The notes beneath the pieces were generated by a model. That model was not told where the DNA came from, ran no database searches, and worked only from the letters and a program-made list of their open reading frames with translations. A DNA stretch of 64,000 nt from Marsupella aquatica. Its lineage: Eukaryota; Plantae; Marchantiophyta. Shown here one piece after another: positions 12,601-26,264 of the stretch. The position numbers were made by a program, and so were the translations under genes. The stretch covers positions 964,143 to 1,028,142 of the forward strand of contig OZ316891.1 of the NCBI GenBank assembly GCA_973895155.1, in the 5' to 3' direction. Every line of letters starts with the position of its first letter. Positions within the stretch are counted from its first letter, which is position 1.

Positions 12601-14858
12601 GTCAGGTCAGGTGAAGTTACAGTACTGCTTGGAATTTCTTCTTAGGCCTCCAGACGGCACTGTGAAATCACTGAAATCACTGCCGGATTCTGATGAAACC
12701 ACTCGATCAATGGAATTTCGGCCATGGAATCAAAGGTTGGACACTAGCTACGAGCCGGTATATGCATCGTAGACTCTCAGAGTAAATTACGTAGTCCTGG
12801 ACGTAGAATAAGAGGGGAAGTGACGTTTTGATGATTTACTGCATCTGAACTGCTTGGATTACCTGCCCCAGCCGCCTGGTCTATGCTTGAAATGTGAAAA
12901 ACAACTTCGCATTCCCACGTGGATGCATCCGTTCGTTCTATTAATAAAGGTGGATTTCTAAAAGTCTATGAATCAATTTTGGTCGCGAGAGAGTCAACTT
13001 CAATCTGGGTAATCCACTTGTTTAATTCTATGACATTCGAAGCCACGAGATAACTGTGCGGTACCCGGTGTCTGAGGTTACAATCCACAAAACTGATAAA
13101 ATTGTAGACAGTTTCATATATGGGACGTTTTGGTATCGTTTAGTTAGGGTTGTGGGGATTGCTCCAGGCCTCCAGCTGATCAGCTGGCTACTACTGCAGC
13201 TTTCCAACGCTTTGTTGCTTTCACTGCTAGTCATCGAACTCGCACAACGTCGTTGAAAATAATCCGATCTGCCAGACATAGAATCATGGTATATGCAGAG
13301 GAAGACTCTCAAGTGAAAGTTGTAGCACTCTCCCAAGACGGTGGGATTTGTTATGTTTAACTTTTAAGTTTATCGGTTAATTCCCTGCATGTTTCCATCA
13401 TTAATCGACAACCCAGACCAATGCAACCTGTCCAAATCTTCACTTCTATCCTCGCTTCTATCCTGACTGGAAATTCTCGATCAGGCCTCCCCCATGTTAT
13501 CTCTGGTAATATACAATACTGACACCCAATTCGAGGTCAAGCTCTGCAACCAAAAATGGGCCTCAAATCAGTACTGGGATCTCGCCTTGATTGTCTTAAT
13601 TGGACTCGATCTCAAGTACAAAAAGCAGATTACCAGTCCCCGTTGTGTTTCTTCGATCATGCAAAAGGATTTCGCAACCCTGTGACTAGACCTGGAAACT
13701 GTTGTCCTGCCTACAACAGGTATCATCTAAGTCCCAAAAGTCTTGACCAAAACTTAAATTTACCTCGAAGTCACGATCAATCTCTTAAATGGCCGCCTAT
13801 TAGACCTCGCAGATGATCGATGGACAGCATGATCAAGAGAAGTGCGTACGGAGCAGGTTATCAATAGCAACCTTCGAGCCAATTATTGAAGACCCATCAC
13901 CTCAAAATTTGCTGGCATTGTAGCCAATGCTTCGCTCTCTCTCTACGTCGTGAAAATCAAATTCAACGAACAATTACGGCAATCTCTGTTCCGTAAAGTA
14001 TTCACTTCGTACAAAGCGGACGTTGGCCTGCAACCGCGATTTGCAGGGAGTTCCCAACTGCTTAGTCATGGGAATTTTAGCGCGGTACTTTCAGACCAGA
14101 CCTTCTACGAGAACATTGCTAGCTCGCACGGGTGATCAGCTAAGCACGAGTAACAGCTTAATTCTAGCAGTAAGACATGTTCTACTACGCATAGCATTAA
14201 GATGAAAGACTTCAAACAAGTACCACAGTGAAGAAATGGCCAGCATATGCATAATATTTTCGCCTTACCTCGTAGATAAAACTGCTGCTTCTCGCCGGGT
14301 TTCTTCCAGCACCATACTGAAGAATTGGCTAGCATCTACACAATGGGTTAATTTTACCTCGTAGATGAATCTGCCGCTTCGAGTCGGGTTAGTTTCTTCG
14401 CAAAACTGAAGGGCCATTTAAAAACGAGTATGTGTATGTTCCCAATAGACAGATTGGATTCATTGACAATCAAATATCCTAAATTGGCTGGGAAAGAACT
14501 CCTTCAATCCAGAGAGCAAAAGCAGTGATGGTAAAGTCTGTAAACTATCAATTCGCTTATAAACTAAATTTTTCGACAGAACAGTACAAAATGCCACGGA
14601 CCACCTTCTACACAATTGTAGCATATTGCGGAATCACAATTAATACATTAATCCAGTCTGTAACTCTTCCAATCCAAAAAGCAAAAGCTGTGCAATTCAC
14701 TGACTGAAATTGTCGGCAGAACAGGACAATGCGACGAACATCTTATCCGCAATTGAACATATTCACTGTTAATATCTCTATTTCAAAACCGTACGGCCCA
14801 ATCGCACTTCCTAAACATCTATTGTGCCTGTGCAACTTCACGAGGTGTACATATCCTT

Positions 14859-16045
14859 TCAGTCAAAGATTCCTACCAGTGAACGTTTGAAATCAGTAAT
14901 CGTGGCTCCGCAGACAGGGCAAGTATTATTGTCAGCATTTGTTCTATGTTTCTCCAAGCAGGAAAAACAAAAGTGCATTTGTAGACACGGGAAACAGACG
15001 GTATCTTTGCGTCTTTCCATACATATCGGGCAGACGGTCTTCTCTTTTTCTTGCTCGAGATCTTTTAAGCTTTTTTCCAGAGAAGCTTGAAGACGATTCT
15101 GTTCCGCTTCCCTGGAAACGATCTTCTCTTCCAGACCAATGGTTTTCTTTACCGCCTCGGTTACATCCTCTAGCAAGATTTGCCTGACTGTCTCAAAGGC
15201 GCACTTAGCTTGTTCCAAGTCTCTGGCGTGCGTCTACTCAGATTTGCTGACATTTTCCAATTCCGCGCGCATGACACTGAGATCGCGTTCCGTCTTCGCA
15301 TTCGGACATTCTATTTCAAAACGGGCCTTTCTCGAACATGATATCACTTCCGTGCTCCATTTTTCCCGAACTCGATGATTGGTTCAATTCAACCTGTGCT
15401 GCAAGCAATTCGTCTTTAACGGAAACTAATTCGTTTTCCACTTTGACCAGTGTAGTAACACTAGCAGCCTGCGCGACCTGCATAGCAACCCGTGTAGCAT
15501 CGAGCTCACTTTGCAACGAATGTACAATTTCAACTCCCCTTGTGTAGTTTCTCCAGTATATCTGCGTTTAGTGCTACGTACTGTTCTTTCTTGGAAGTTT
15601 GAATCGAAGACTCTCCATATCTTTTCTGAACTCGTTGAGGTTGATTCCGCTTGCATTTGCATTTTGACCCTGGCCCCTCCTCATGTCTAACACAAGACGG
15701 GTCTGGCAGTGAAATCACCACACTCCTTATTTCTTTAGTCCCAGGTGGGCCAGTAGTATTCGTACCGTTTCCCGCATCAGCCTGAGCTGCGTTGGTCAGC
15801 TCAGGTCCAACCTGGGCTGTACCTATCCTGCGCCTTGCTGCGGGTGGGTCAATCTTGTTCTCCACAAGTGAGGTATCCGTCGTCTCGCCTTCTGTTTTCC
15901 GTTTCTTGACCGCTTTCAGTACTTTCACCGCCTTGGCAGCCATTTCGGTCGTCACCTCGTCAGCCCACTTGCGCATCGACAATGGTAGCCCACTGAATTC
16001 AAAGTCCACGGGAGTCAATGCTGTAATTTTCTTGTTCACAATCAT
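14859..16045 (-). pseudogene. Coiled-coil + C-terminal C3HC4 RING (zf-C3HC4_3 type) E3-ligase gene, disrupted
   Basis: RING reads CPICMERRKDTVCFPCLQMHFCFSCLEKHRTNADNNTCPVC. The frame is broken by +1 in the G-run near 15537 (KG-VEIVHSLQSELD), a second shift near 15375 and an in-frame TAG near 15235. Confidence 0.85.
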
Positions 16046-16881
16046 GCCATTCTAAGCCGAGCGTTCTGGCACTCAGCAAGTAGGACCCTGCACATTGCCA
16101 CAGGCATCGCCATCAATCACATTGAAATCACACAAACGCACAGAATTGCTGTGACGCGAGTCGATGATATAACCTTCGTATTCACACGATCATGCCTAGT
16201 TAAACCGAGCCTTCTGAGACCCAACGCTTTGGGCCCCGCACATCCCCACAACGCAGTGCCAGCAACCGTATTGAAATCACAGAAATGCACAGAATGACAG
16301 AAATGCTATTGACCTCGAGAGTGCAATGCGGCCTGGATGCGTACTACCACAAGTTCGCCTACGACAGAAAACGTGGTTTGCCGAGTTACTGATCTTTGTT
16401 CAACTAGAAAAAAAGTCCGGAACTAATACGAGTCATGGATAGTTGAACTAGAGAAAAGTCCGAGACTAATAATAATACGAGTCGAGTGGGTCGACCGGTC
16501 GAGGAATAGAGCAATGAGCATGCCGCCGCCAGTACAGTCATCACGAGTGGCAGCACGGCACCAACTACGCACGGTTTGCTACTTTACTGATCATGAGAAA
16601 CAGGAATACAGGATAGCTGCTGGCGGCGCGCTCCTTAACTGTGCCTTCCGCCAATTTATATTCAGCACGAAAAGCAATCTCGAGTCTCATAAAGAGCCTC
16701 CCGTACCGGACTGCCCACATTCTCTGCCCGCTGCCCATGTTTGTCGCAAATGGTGACACTATTTTTCTAAGTGTCACTAGGGTTTTTTCTAAGTGTCACT
16801 AGGGTTTGAATGAACCTGAATGAACCCCACTTTTGGGTGGGGTGATTATTAAAAGGATCATGGCTTGCTAGGGTCAAGGAT

Positions 16882-16952
16882 CATGACTTGCCAGGATTTG
16901 ACCCCCCCCGACCTATCGCTTCCCACTCAGATGCTCTACCATCAAGTCCCTA
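16882..16952 (-). other. tRNA-derived (SINE-head-like) fragment
   Basis: The reverse strand reads GGACTTGATGGTAGAGCA...GGGGTCAAATCCTGGC, with degenerate pol III A- and B-box spacing. Not a full cloverleaf. Confidence 0.35.
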
Positions 16953-17574
16953 ACCCATCGCATATAGTATTTACCCTAATAAAAACGTCGGTTACAGCGG
17001 GCAGCAGGGGTGTATGCACGGGCTAATCATTGCTAAGTAGCATTGATTAGCCTCGATATTGCTTTTCGTCCTTAATCAATTTATTCTCTTTACAATAATG
17101 ATGGTACGCTAATACCTCCAGCCCCGGGCCTCCAGCACTACATCACTCCAGCAGAGTGACCGAGAGGGCACAGAATAATACTACGCGTGCAGATAGGCTC
17201 TGAAATTCTTATTGTCAATATTGAAGGTGAACCGGGCCATTTGATATAGCAGCCTCGAAAAAATCGGGTGTAATTGATTACTAAAGTGGGTGTGGGTGTG
17301 ATAGTCACTGGAGATGTTAGAGCTAACCTAGGTTAGTTATTTTAACCCACAAATAAAAAGAGTAATATTGTGATAAATAAAATTATATCAGAAAAATAAA
17401 AACTTAATCAATCACAATTAAATTAAATAATTGAGTTTATTATGGAGGTTATATACTATCACATTTTGATGTGCACTTTATTAAATGCATAACTATGCAG
17501 CTTGTTTGGGAATGTTAAAAATTAGAACTTTTGAATTTTTTGTTACATATCCCTTTGAGGGGTTTCATTAAGTC

Positions 17575-19032
17575 ACAAGCCAATGTATGTGCATTGCACA
17601 AAAGATGTCAAGGTGATAAAAGATGTCAAGAAGAGAAAAAATGTCAAGTGATTAAAGATGTCAAGGAGAAAAAAAATGGCACGGTGAAAAAAGATGTTGA
17701 GATGAGAAAAGGAATTGAGATGAGAAAAAGATGTCGAGGTGATAAAAGAAGTCAAGGAGAGAAAAAATGTGAAGGCAAAAAAAGATGTGAAGGTGAGAAA
17801 AAAGTAGAGGTGAGAAAAAGATGTCGAGGTGATAAAAGAAGTCAAAGAGAGAAAAAGATGTCAAGGAGAGAAAAGATGTCGAGGTGAGCAAAAAATGTCG
17901 AGGCGATAAAAGAAGTCAAAGAGAGAAAAAGATGTCGAGGTGAGAAAATTTGGGGGAAAAACATGACTTGTCCAGGTTCAGAGAAAAGATGTTGAGGAGA
18001 GAAATAGATGTTGAGATGAGAACAAAATATTGAGGAGAGAAAATATGTCAAGGTGAACAAAAGATGTTGAAGATAGCAAAATAAGTTGAGGAGAAAAACG
18101 TTTGCAAAGGAGAGAAAAAGATGTTGAGTGAAAAAAGATGTAAAGTAGAGCAAAACATTTTGAGGTGAGAAAATAAACTTGAGGTGGAGAGGTGCTCATT
18201 GTCCCGTGAGGCAGGAGTTGGGTAGACGACAGGAGGCCGGGTTGCCCATGCAATGTGTTACCTTGGCCACTAAAAGATATAGATTTGGTTGGATTTTCAT
18301 GAATTCTTGTGTGGTGTTCTCTCTATTTGTTGCATGATTGTGTTCTTCCCCTAACATGAATGTTTAGAGAAACTTACATGGTTTGGTCGACCCTATGAGT
18401 GAGAGAGTGGTGATAGCACTTTGCCAAAGGCCAGGAGGAGTGGGAACAAGATAGTCCATGGGACTTGATCAAAAGCAAAGTACATGTATAGTCGGTAGAC
18501 TTGATCAAAAAATACATTTCCGGGAACAGAAATGAAACTACTCATCCTTAGTAAGAAATTAATCCATATAACGTCCCCCCATGTCCCTCTCATACGATAC
18601 AAAAAAAATAGTGGAAACCAAACTATATTTATTGTGTTAATCATTTGATAAATAGGTGACACAAAGAACTGGGCTCCCAACTGGAGAAGGGATTAGGGCA
18701 AAAGCAAGACAAATATTGTGGAAAAGAATGTTGGGAGCTTGATCTTATCGGCCTTCATTAAAGATGCATTCTTGGAAAAGTATTTTTTAAAGAATGTTCA
18801 CTTGGAGGTTTAGATAGAATGACAAAATTTGGGACATTGATCAAAAAATGAAGAAAAAAATTTGCATTTGATTTGATTTTGGAAAAAGATGTTGTTGGGG
18901 AGAGCAAGGATGTGGGAGGGTGAGAGGGAGACTTTGCACCGTCAAGGTGTGATCACAATTTACTATTGGGAGGGGAGCATTCAAAATTTTCCGCTCCCCT
19001 TTTTTCCTATTTCTTCACTCCTTTGCCACTCC
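17575..19032 (-). mobile_element. Non-autonomous Helitron-like repeat arm (copy 1) with a 19-bp tandem array at ~17598-18190
   Basis: Degenerate Helitron-type 3' end on the minus strand near 17575-17600, followed by an array of GAGAAAAAGATGTCGAGGT units. The part at 18655-19030 is a direct copy of 37025-37495. Confidence 0.55.
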
Positions 19033-22000
19033 TTAGCCCCATGCCCGTGCGTTGCACGAAAGACTTCGAGTGAGGGCAAGATGTCGAGGAGAGGGCAAGA
19101 TGTCGAGGTGAGGGTAAGATTTGGAGGTGAGGGCAAGATGTCAAGGTGAGGGCAAGATGTCGAGCACTAGAAGAAACCGGCCCGTTTTGAGACCTGGAGA
19201 TGTGTGACTTGTCCAAGACCTTCATGAAATAGCGACTCCAAGGTTGTTGGTGTCATGTTAGTCACACCTTCTTGACTGAGTTTTGGTGAAGTTTTGCCAA
19301 GTCATGTTTACAACTTTTAGGTAAGTTGCAACTATAACTTAGTTAAGGCAATTAGGGTGAAGTTATACAAGTGACTCTACATTAGAGTACAACTTATGAG
19401 ACCACTACATTTGAACCCTTAAACCTTAAAGTATGGGATCCGCGACCATATACATATGATTTTGGATACACCATATGTCATTCCACATCAATTTAATAAT
19501 AGTTTAGTCATACCATTCTAAACCATAATTACTCCTGACCCCATTTAGACACAATGAAGCCTCAGCCCCGTTCAAACCAAGAGCAGGCCGGCTTTGTCAA
19601 ACCTTGTTATTAACCTAACTTAATGCTTATTGTAGTCAATCTCTAATTTTTCTCCATCTTTACCACTTGTCCTACCCTCTATACCAGCCATAGAACATTG
19701 GATGTCCAACTACTATATTTTTGCATGCTATATATATATATATATGCATATGAAGAAGGCTTGATCTTAGATAGCATTAGTTTTCTTTTAGGCTCTCATT
19801 TGTGCTCTTAATTAATGAGCATGCAACAAGGCTATTGTAAGGTTAATCCTAGCCCTGTGCGTTCATTTAATCTTTGCTCATATTGTGTTGTGTCAAATTT
19901 GCTTTAGGGTTTACAGCTCATGTCAACGCAAAGTGGTCGAGTGTCACTGGGTTCAGTTCTCTCACTAAGTGTTAAGGTATGCATTGTGCGTTGCCTTTCG
20001 ATATGAGTTTAGGGTGCGCGGGTTTTTCAACAGGAAACACACCAGCAGAGTGCAAATGGGAGTTGAAGGTGCGCGGGAACTCGGAGGTTTTTGTCAAGGA
20101 AAAACTTGGATGTCCATTGTGCTTACCAACAACCATCGTTTAGGGCGAGGAGCTTTATGGACTTCACTCCCGCTTGTCGTGCTTGAGTGTACATCTGCCC
20201 TCTATACTTTTGGGAGCTTTGGACTAGAGCAGATGATCGGAAGCCTCGGACGAGAGACACAGACTCCAATATCCAGCTCGTAGATCAATCCATGATTGAT
20301 TTTGTCAGGTGTGCGACCTTCAAGCTCTTCTCCATTGTGCGCTTCCAGTTGAATGCTGCAAGGTCTGAATACTATCGGGAGCTCGCATTTGGGCCAAGGT
20401 TTAGGTATTTTGTCATTGGAGGACTGAGCTGTGGGTTTAGGCCGACTTACTATGAGCTTATGTTGTTGCAGCTGTGACCAATAACTGAGGAGCTGCGACC
20501 AAGAGCTTATTTTGTTGCAGCACTGCCGTGGACAAGGGGTTGTGGAGGATCGGGGAGCTGCGACGTAGAACTGAGGAGCTGCGAAAAAGTGGGGAGTGAT
20601 CTTGAAGGCCAACTATCTAGCGTGAGGTGGATCATCGTGGTTGCAACAGCGATCGGGCCCTTTTTTGCATTGGCATTGTCAGTAAGACAATCTGTGGACG
20701 CGCAAAAGAGTCGCAAGGAGTTGTTCTTGTGGGCAGAGATTGGAGTTCACATTTGGTAAGTCCACCTCAATAATGACATACATTGTAGGTGGAGGCAATG
20801 TTATGGCCTCTTGTTGTCTTTAAACTCATTCTCCACTCACAAGAGAATGAGGATTGATTGTGTCCTGAGAAGCTTAACAATTTATGTTGTTGACATCGTC
20901 CACATTGAGTGACAGTGAGCTCAAGTCAGTGAGTGACCGATCAAATGGGACATTTGTGCTCTTCATTACATGCTCGGGCAAGAGTGATTGATGTACTAAT
21001 CGCAAGCGCTCCCAAGTATCCATTTGTCGTTAAGGCTTGAAGCTTCACCGGGAGCTGCGACCGTTAGTGGGGAGGAGTTGGAGGTTGTGTTGCGCTCGTA
21101 CACAACCTCCAAGGTACAAGGCAGGAGTTGTGCAATTTAAGGTGAGAGTCAATAGCTTTTGGGATTCACCATCTTTCATCGTTGTCATCGCTGCTCTCGT
21201 CTATCGCTACGGCCGATTGCTGCTCTGCGTTTTTGCCATGGGTTGCCAGTCTGCCAGATGCTGAGTGAGATAGAGGCTACAACCTGGGTGCGCGGAGGTC
21301 CTCACTAATCCCATGGTTTACAGTTTGCAAAATGTGACAGCCCCAGTGCACAGTGAGGTATAGGGTGTGTGAGGTATAGGGTGTTCTTACTCGTGCTACA
21401 GTCACTTTGACTTGCTGAGTTCCAGCAAATTGAGTTTTAGGTGCGGTCAATGAGAGTTGAGCTGTTTGAGCTACGGTCACTGAGAGTTTAGAGTTTGAGC
21501 TGCGGTCACTGAATGCTGGCATTGAGGTGCACGCCCTTCACATTGATCAGTGAAGGCTACGGCCGGGGTGATTATGACAGTGATTCCAATGCAAACCGTC
21601 CAGGTAAGATTTATGTGACATTGTGTACAATGAAAGTGGCCCTGCTTATTGACTGCTTAATGTTTGTGTTGCAACTGGCAGCAGATGCATGGAGTGCAGC
21701 GAAGGGAGGCGCTATTCATGTGAGCTGACAGGGGAGCTGGACTTGTGAGCCGTGGTTGCAGCTACGTCTTGGAGCTACGACCTATGAGTTGCGGCTAGAG
21801 CTACAACTTGACCTGAAGGTGACGCATGAAGAGTAATTTTGCAATCCATGAATGTTTGTACTCAATGTTATAGATGCATAGGGTGGGTGTTGCATTTTGT
21901 TACTGTAAAATGTCCGTGATGTCGTGAGATGTTCTGTTCCTTGGATTGAGACAATTCTTAGATCTCTGCATCAGCGATTATTGTATGTCATGTCTCACCT

Positions 22001-24361
22001 CAGATCATGAACGTGATTGGTTGGAGACTATATTAATTGGGGAGGAGCTCCAATCCGTTGTCATTGCTTCTCAGTGGAGTGTTGTTTTAGTAAGCTACAG
22101 GGGGCAACAGAGCGCAAGTTGCTGCTTGCAAGTTCACGCCTGCTACCTGCTACCTACGACTTCCGCCTGAAAGGTATGACATTCACATATGCGCATTTCT
22201 GGTCTCCAGTTGATCAATGTACTTATTCCCGCTGCCTTGAAATGGACCTCAAATTTCCATGCTCCAATACGCTACTGTGATTGAAGCCTATCACGATGCA
22301 AAAACAGAGGAGAGGCAGAATCAGAGCCCGGACACCAACGTGTACAGATATCACGAAGCTAAAATAGAGGAGAGGAAGAATCAGTGCTCGGCTCGGACAC
22401 CAAAGTGTACAGACATCATGAAGTAACTACAAGCTAGTAGATAGGTCAAATGCTCCCAAATCGAGTCAGAGGAAAGTTACTAAGACTACCTTCACAACTC
22501 TCAAGTCTGGAAAGTAAAAATCAGCCTGAGACACGTAGCAAGAACTGTTGTCTGCTAGGAACTGTTGTCTGCTTTCTTGGGGATCGTCATGTGTATGTAA
22601 TTGCATACACATTCTACCTGAGGGGAGTATCATGACTGTACACCTCAGGTAGAACCGAGTACTATCTATCGCATGATATAATTCCTCTACAATTTTGTAT
22701 TAATGTTGCCTAAGTGCTTTGTTGTATTGTTTTGGTTGTAATGACGTCACTTGCATTTCATAGTCAGTCTTAGTTGGTTGGCTTGGTACTCATTTGCTTT
22801 TCACTCCCTCTGGCTAGTGAATTTGTCTATTGTTGCTGAGTTTTTTGCGTAAGAACTACATGTTCTTCACTTTCTTGATCGTACTCTCTCCCCTATGGAA
22901 GACTATTGGCTTGGGCTGCCAGCCTTCTCTCTATTTCAATTTGTTGTCCCTATGGTCAAACACTACTTGGTTAGTGGTTTTGCTCTATTTTTGTCTGTTT
23001 TGCCTTCAAGTAGGACATGGATGAATTGAGCTTGGAGGCAACAAAATGGCAAGGCCGAATCTGAATGGTTCCAGAAGTATGTGTGCTGCATTTTGATTTG
23101 GAGAACCAATTGTAGAGTTGACTCTTTTTGAATGTTGTAGTCTATTTTGCCTTGAACTGGGCCATGGATGAATTGAGCTTGGAGGCAGTTTTTTTCATTC
23201 CCATCTTCCTGAAGCCTTGTCTGCTTTCTGCCACCCCCTTGTGGTGGGGACTTTTCTTGAAAGATCCTTATTGTGAACAGAGTTTGTACTTTGATTATGA
23301 AGTTTGACTGAGTTTCTGTTTACTGAAAGAATGTGACTATGTAAGAGTTTCGTTTGGCAGTGGATTGGTTGAAGCACTTCCTGCTAGTGTGATGTCCACA
23401 GCTCTTCAACCAGCTTTTGTATTCCTTGTCTTTCACCACTAGCTTACGGTGACATCAATTCAGCTAAGACCATAGAAGGTTCCAAGGCATCTAACTTGTA
23501 AAATCGCATTCTGTTACATCAAGGACTAAGGTGTTGGGTGCCAAAGGAGACAGCACATCAAACGTGCTGAAAAGACTTCAGGACTGGGTTCAACAAGGTA
23601 GTGAAGGTGCTTAGAGCCATAGTAAGTATGCATTCTGTATCCTTTCTCTGTTGATGTGAGCTTGTGCATAGTAGGAGTTGTAGTTGGCAAGAGTTCCATA
23701 AGGCCAAATATGAATAGTTCTAGAAGTATGTGTATGAACCAAGTGTAGAGTTGACTCTTTCTAAATATTGTAGTCTCTTTTGCCTTCAACTGGGCCATCG
23801 AGTACTGCTAGTGTATTCACCCCAATGAGCAATGCTTCTCCATTCAATCAGGTGAATGTACAGTTTGGTAGGGCCAATGCCAGGTGATCATGTACTTGCT
23901 CTATAAAATTCTGAAGATATAAGCATTTTCTGTTAGACCAGGAAACTTGGGAGTTTCTAAGTGTCACCTGCATCTGAGGGGCTACACCGGGGGCATCAGT
24001 GGAGGTTCACTTGCACAACACGACAGCCAGTGAATTTTCTCTCTGCTGCAACCTGCAAGGTGAGACTTTTGGTCCTTCTGGATGAAAAAACAGGATTTTA
24101 ATATGATTGATATACATGTCCGTCGAGAACATGGGTTTATCACCAAGCTCTTTGTCTTAGGAAACTCATAAACTCAGAATCAAATATGTACTATACACGT
24201 TTCATGCTATGTGTATACTATGACCTGTAGTTGGAACCAAGACAGTGAGTGGGAACTGATTAGTTTAGGTTGGTTGTTGTTGGTGAGGCAAGTCGACCTC
24301 CTGCTCGCCTTGCTCATCAAAGGACGTGAATAGAGGACGTCACAACGAAAGCAACACTTAA

Positions 24362-24811
24362 ATGGTGAGGACCCGCAACGCTGAACATGTGCGGCTTGCA
24401 CGCAAGGCAGAGATGTTGCGCCTTGAGTATGTCAGACTTGGGATCCTTCCAGCCCAGTTTGCATGGTACTTTGAGTACCCTGTTGTTTCCAGGAACAACT
24501 ACAGCCGGCCTCTACCTGCTTCAGTACCCTTCCCGACATCCTTGGTATTTGTGTCTCTTGTACATGACCCGCCACAAATTAGGTGCCAAGGGTGTGTGCA
24601 CAGTTGCCAATATGACTGTCCTGCCTGTAGGGCTTCTGGCCCAGAATTGGATGACCGTTCTCTTGGATGCCGATTTTTGCACAGAGCACAATGTATCATC
24701 TGGAACCACTCGCCATCCTGCAGTGTGCCTGGTGATGTCACTTGTCCTGCCCTCCCAGACCCCACCACTGGTGGCTTTGGTGTCTACACATGTTTGGATC
24801 ACATGCTCTAG
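24362..24811 (+). CDS. Cys/His-rich hypothetical protein, CACTA cargo (149 aa)
   Basis: ATG-initiated ORF with CQGCVHSCQYDCPAC...C...H..QC..WNH...C.....C...C..H, possibly zinc-binding. No family recognised. Confidence 0.5.
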   Translation: MVRTRNAEHVRLARKAEMLRLEYVRLGILPAQFAWYFEYPVVSRNNYSRPLPASVPFPTSLVFVSLVHDPPQIRCQGCVHSCQYDCPACRASGPELDDRSLGCRFLHRAQCIIWNHSPSCSVPGDVTCPALPDPTTGGFGVYTCLDHML

Positions 24812-25425
24812 AGGACCACTTGTCACACCACATGCATAGACCAGATACCATTGACCTATAGCTTAACACTCTACCTTCAACACAGAGGATATTTACTTAA
24901 AATTTTGATGTATGAGCAATTTTGGGTCCAGGGTTTAGGGTCAACAGTACATAACTTATCCTAGTATGCCTGCACTAAGCAAAATATCCTAATTTAAGAG
25001 GCTACCAAACTCGCTTAAAAGTCTCTATTGAAAGACTACTTTAATATTGCTTTAACCTGGTGAACATTGCAACGTTGAATGAATTAATGGGCCATGTGAT
25101 AATATGCAAAATGTGATTTATGCCTCACTTATTTGTCTCAACCACTATCATAACCTATTTAGGATGTATAAATTTCAACCCTTATGACACTGCTTCATAC
25201 CAATCCTCTTCGAAGAATGCCTGTTTTACATGTCACGACTATTGTATGTGATTCAAATGCATGAAATGTTGTTGCAGATCTCCTTTGGTGAATCATAGCC
25301 ACAATTAAAATTGAGGTGTTGGTGAAGAAATTGTATTAGGGGATCAGTTTTGTGTGTGGGCTCAACATACCCAAAGTATGTGTGCTCTGCATCCTTGTGT
25401 GGCCATTCCAATTCATTGCAGTAGC

Positions 25426-25572
25426 AAATGCCTAAATTGTACCTTAAATGCTAAATATATTTTACTTTCTATGCAGTCTGCTAAATTGTAGAGTCTATCT
25501 AAATGCCTTTGTACCTTAAATGCTAAATATATTTTACTTTCTGTGTAGTCTGCTAAATTGTAGAGTCTATCT
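25426..25572 (+). repeat. ~72-bp tandem duplication just upstream of the PHD ORF
   Basis: TGTACCTTAAATGCTAAATATATTTTACTTTCT.TG.AGTCTGCTAAATTGTAGAGTCTATCT occurs twice. Confidence 0.9.
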
Positions 25573-25583
25573 CATGCGCAGGC

Positions 25584-26264
25584 ATGGCACGGCCTAAAAT
25601 TCAAGCCAAAAAGCGTGTGACAGAGGTGAGAAACACAGGTGTACTTGGGGCAGATGCTACTAACTTCTCTGCAAGTCAGATTTTCCAGAAGGCAGCTCAT
25701 TGTTGTGCCATTTGTGATGATGGTGGGGGCCTGGTCATTTGTGAGGGCCCTTGCATGAGGCATTTCCACCTCAACCCGGAGTCTGACCTTGCTGCAGAAA
25801 ACAACTGTCCAAGGGTGGGCCTCCCGTCAACACACCAGGGAGACTGGATGTGCACTGATTGTTTGGAGAAGCAGGCTAAGTGTGCACAGTGTGGGAAGTT
25901 GGGGTCCTATGAGGGCTTTGTTGATGCTGCAGCAAATGTTAGGAAATGTCCAGACCGTTTTTGTGTGAGATTTTTCTGTTTTGAGTGTTTGCCTGCTCAT
26001 GCCAAAGCTTGCCCACTTCATAGGTGCAAGGCATGTGGTGAGCATGATGATGACTACTGGACTGACATAGTCCACTGTGCTAGGTGTCCCACTATGTGGC
26101 ACTATCATTGCCTGAAAGATCATCAAGCAGAGGGTTATGCTTGTGACAGAGAAATCTATGATCACTCTGCACATGGTGTTGATCGATGGATATTTTATTG
26201 TCATCGCCATGCCATTGATCCTACCTCGCGCACTCCTGTGAGAGATCACATATCTTGGCTGTGA
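25584..26264 (+). CDS. Stand-alone composite PHD-finger protein of EDM2/NSD type, CACTA cargo (226 aa)
   Basis: Motifs CAICDDGGGLVICEGPCMRHFH...WMCTDC, CAQCGKLGS, CPLHRCKAC, CARCPTMWHYHCL and IFYCHRHAIDPTSRTPVRDHI follow, in order, the PHD cluster of plant EDM2 as recalled. Intact and intronless. Confidence 0.85.
   Translation: MARPKIQAKKRVTEVRNTGVLGADATNFSASQIFQKAAHCCAICDDGGGLVICEGPCMRHFHLNPESDLAAENNCPRVGLPSTHQGDWMCTDCLEKQAKCAQCGKLGSYEGFVDAAANVRKCPDRFCVRFFCFECLPAHAKACPLHRCKACGEHDDDYWTDIVHCARCPTMWHYHCLKDHQAEGYACDREIYDHSAHGVDRWIFYCHRHAIDPTSRTPVRDHISWL

Noticed and set aside
17598-18190. 19-bp periodic array as a CRISPR array, or the K/E/R-rich ORFs over it as genes
   Set aside because: The units are contiguous and degenerate, with no unique spacers and no cas genes. 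The ORFs are translations of the repeat.
24929-24941. GGGTTTAGGG telomere-like words (also near 28021 and 63872)
   Set aside because: They are isolated 1-2 unit occurrences and not an interstitial telomeric array.
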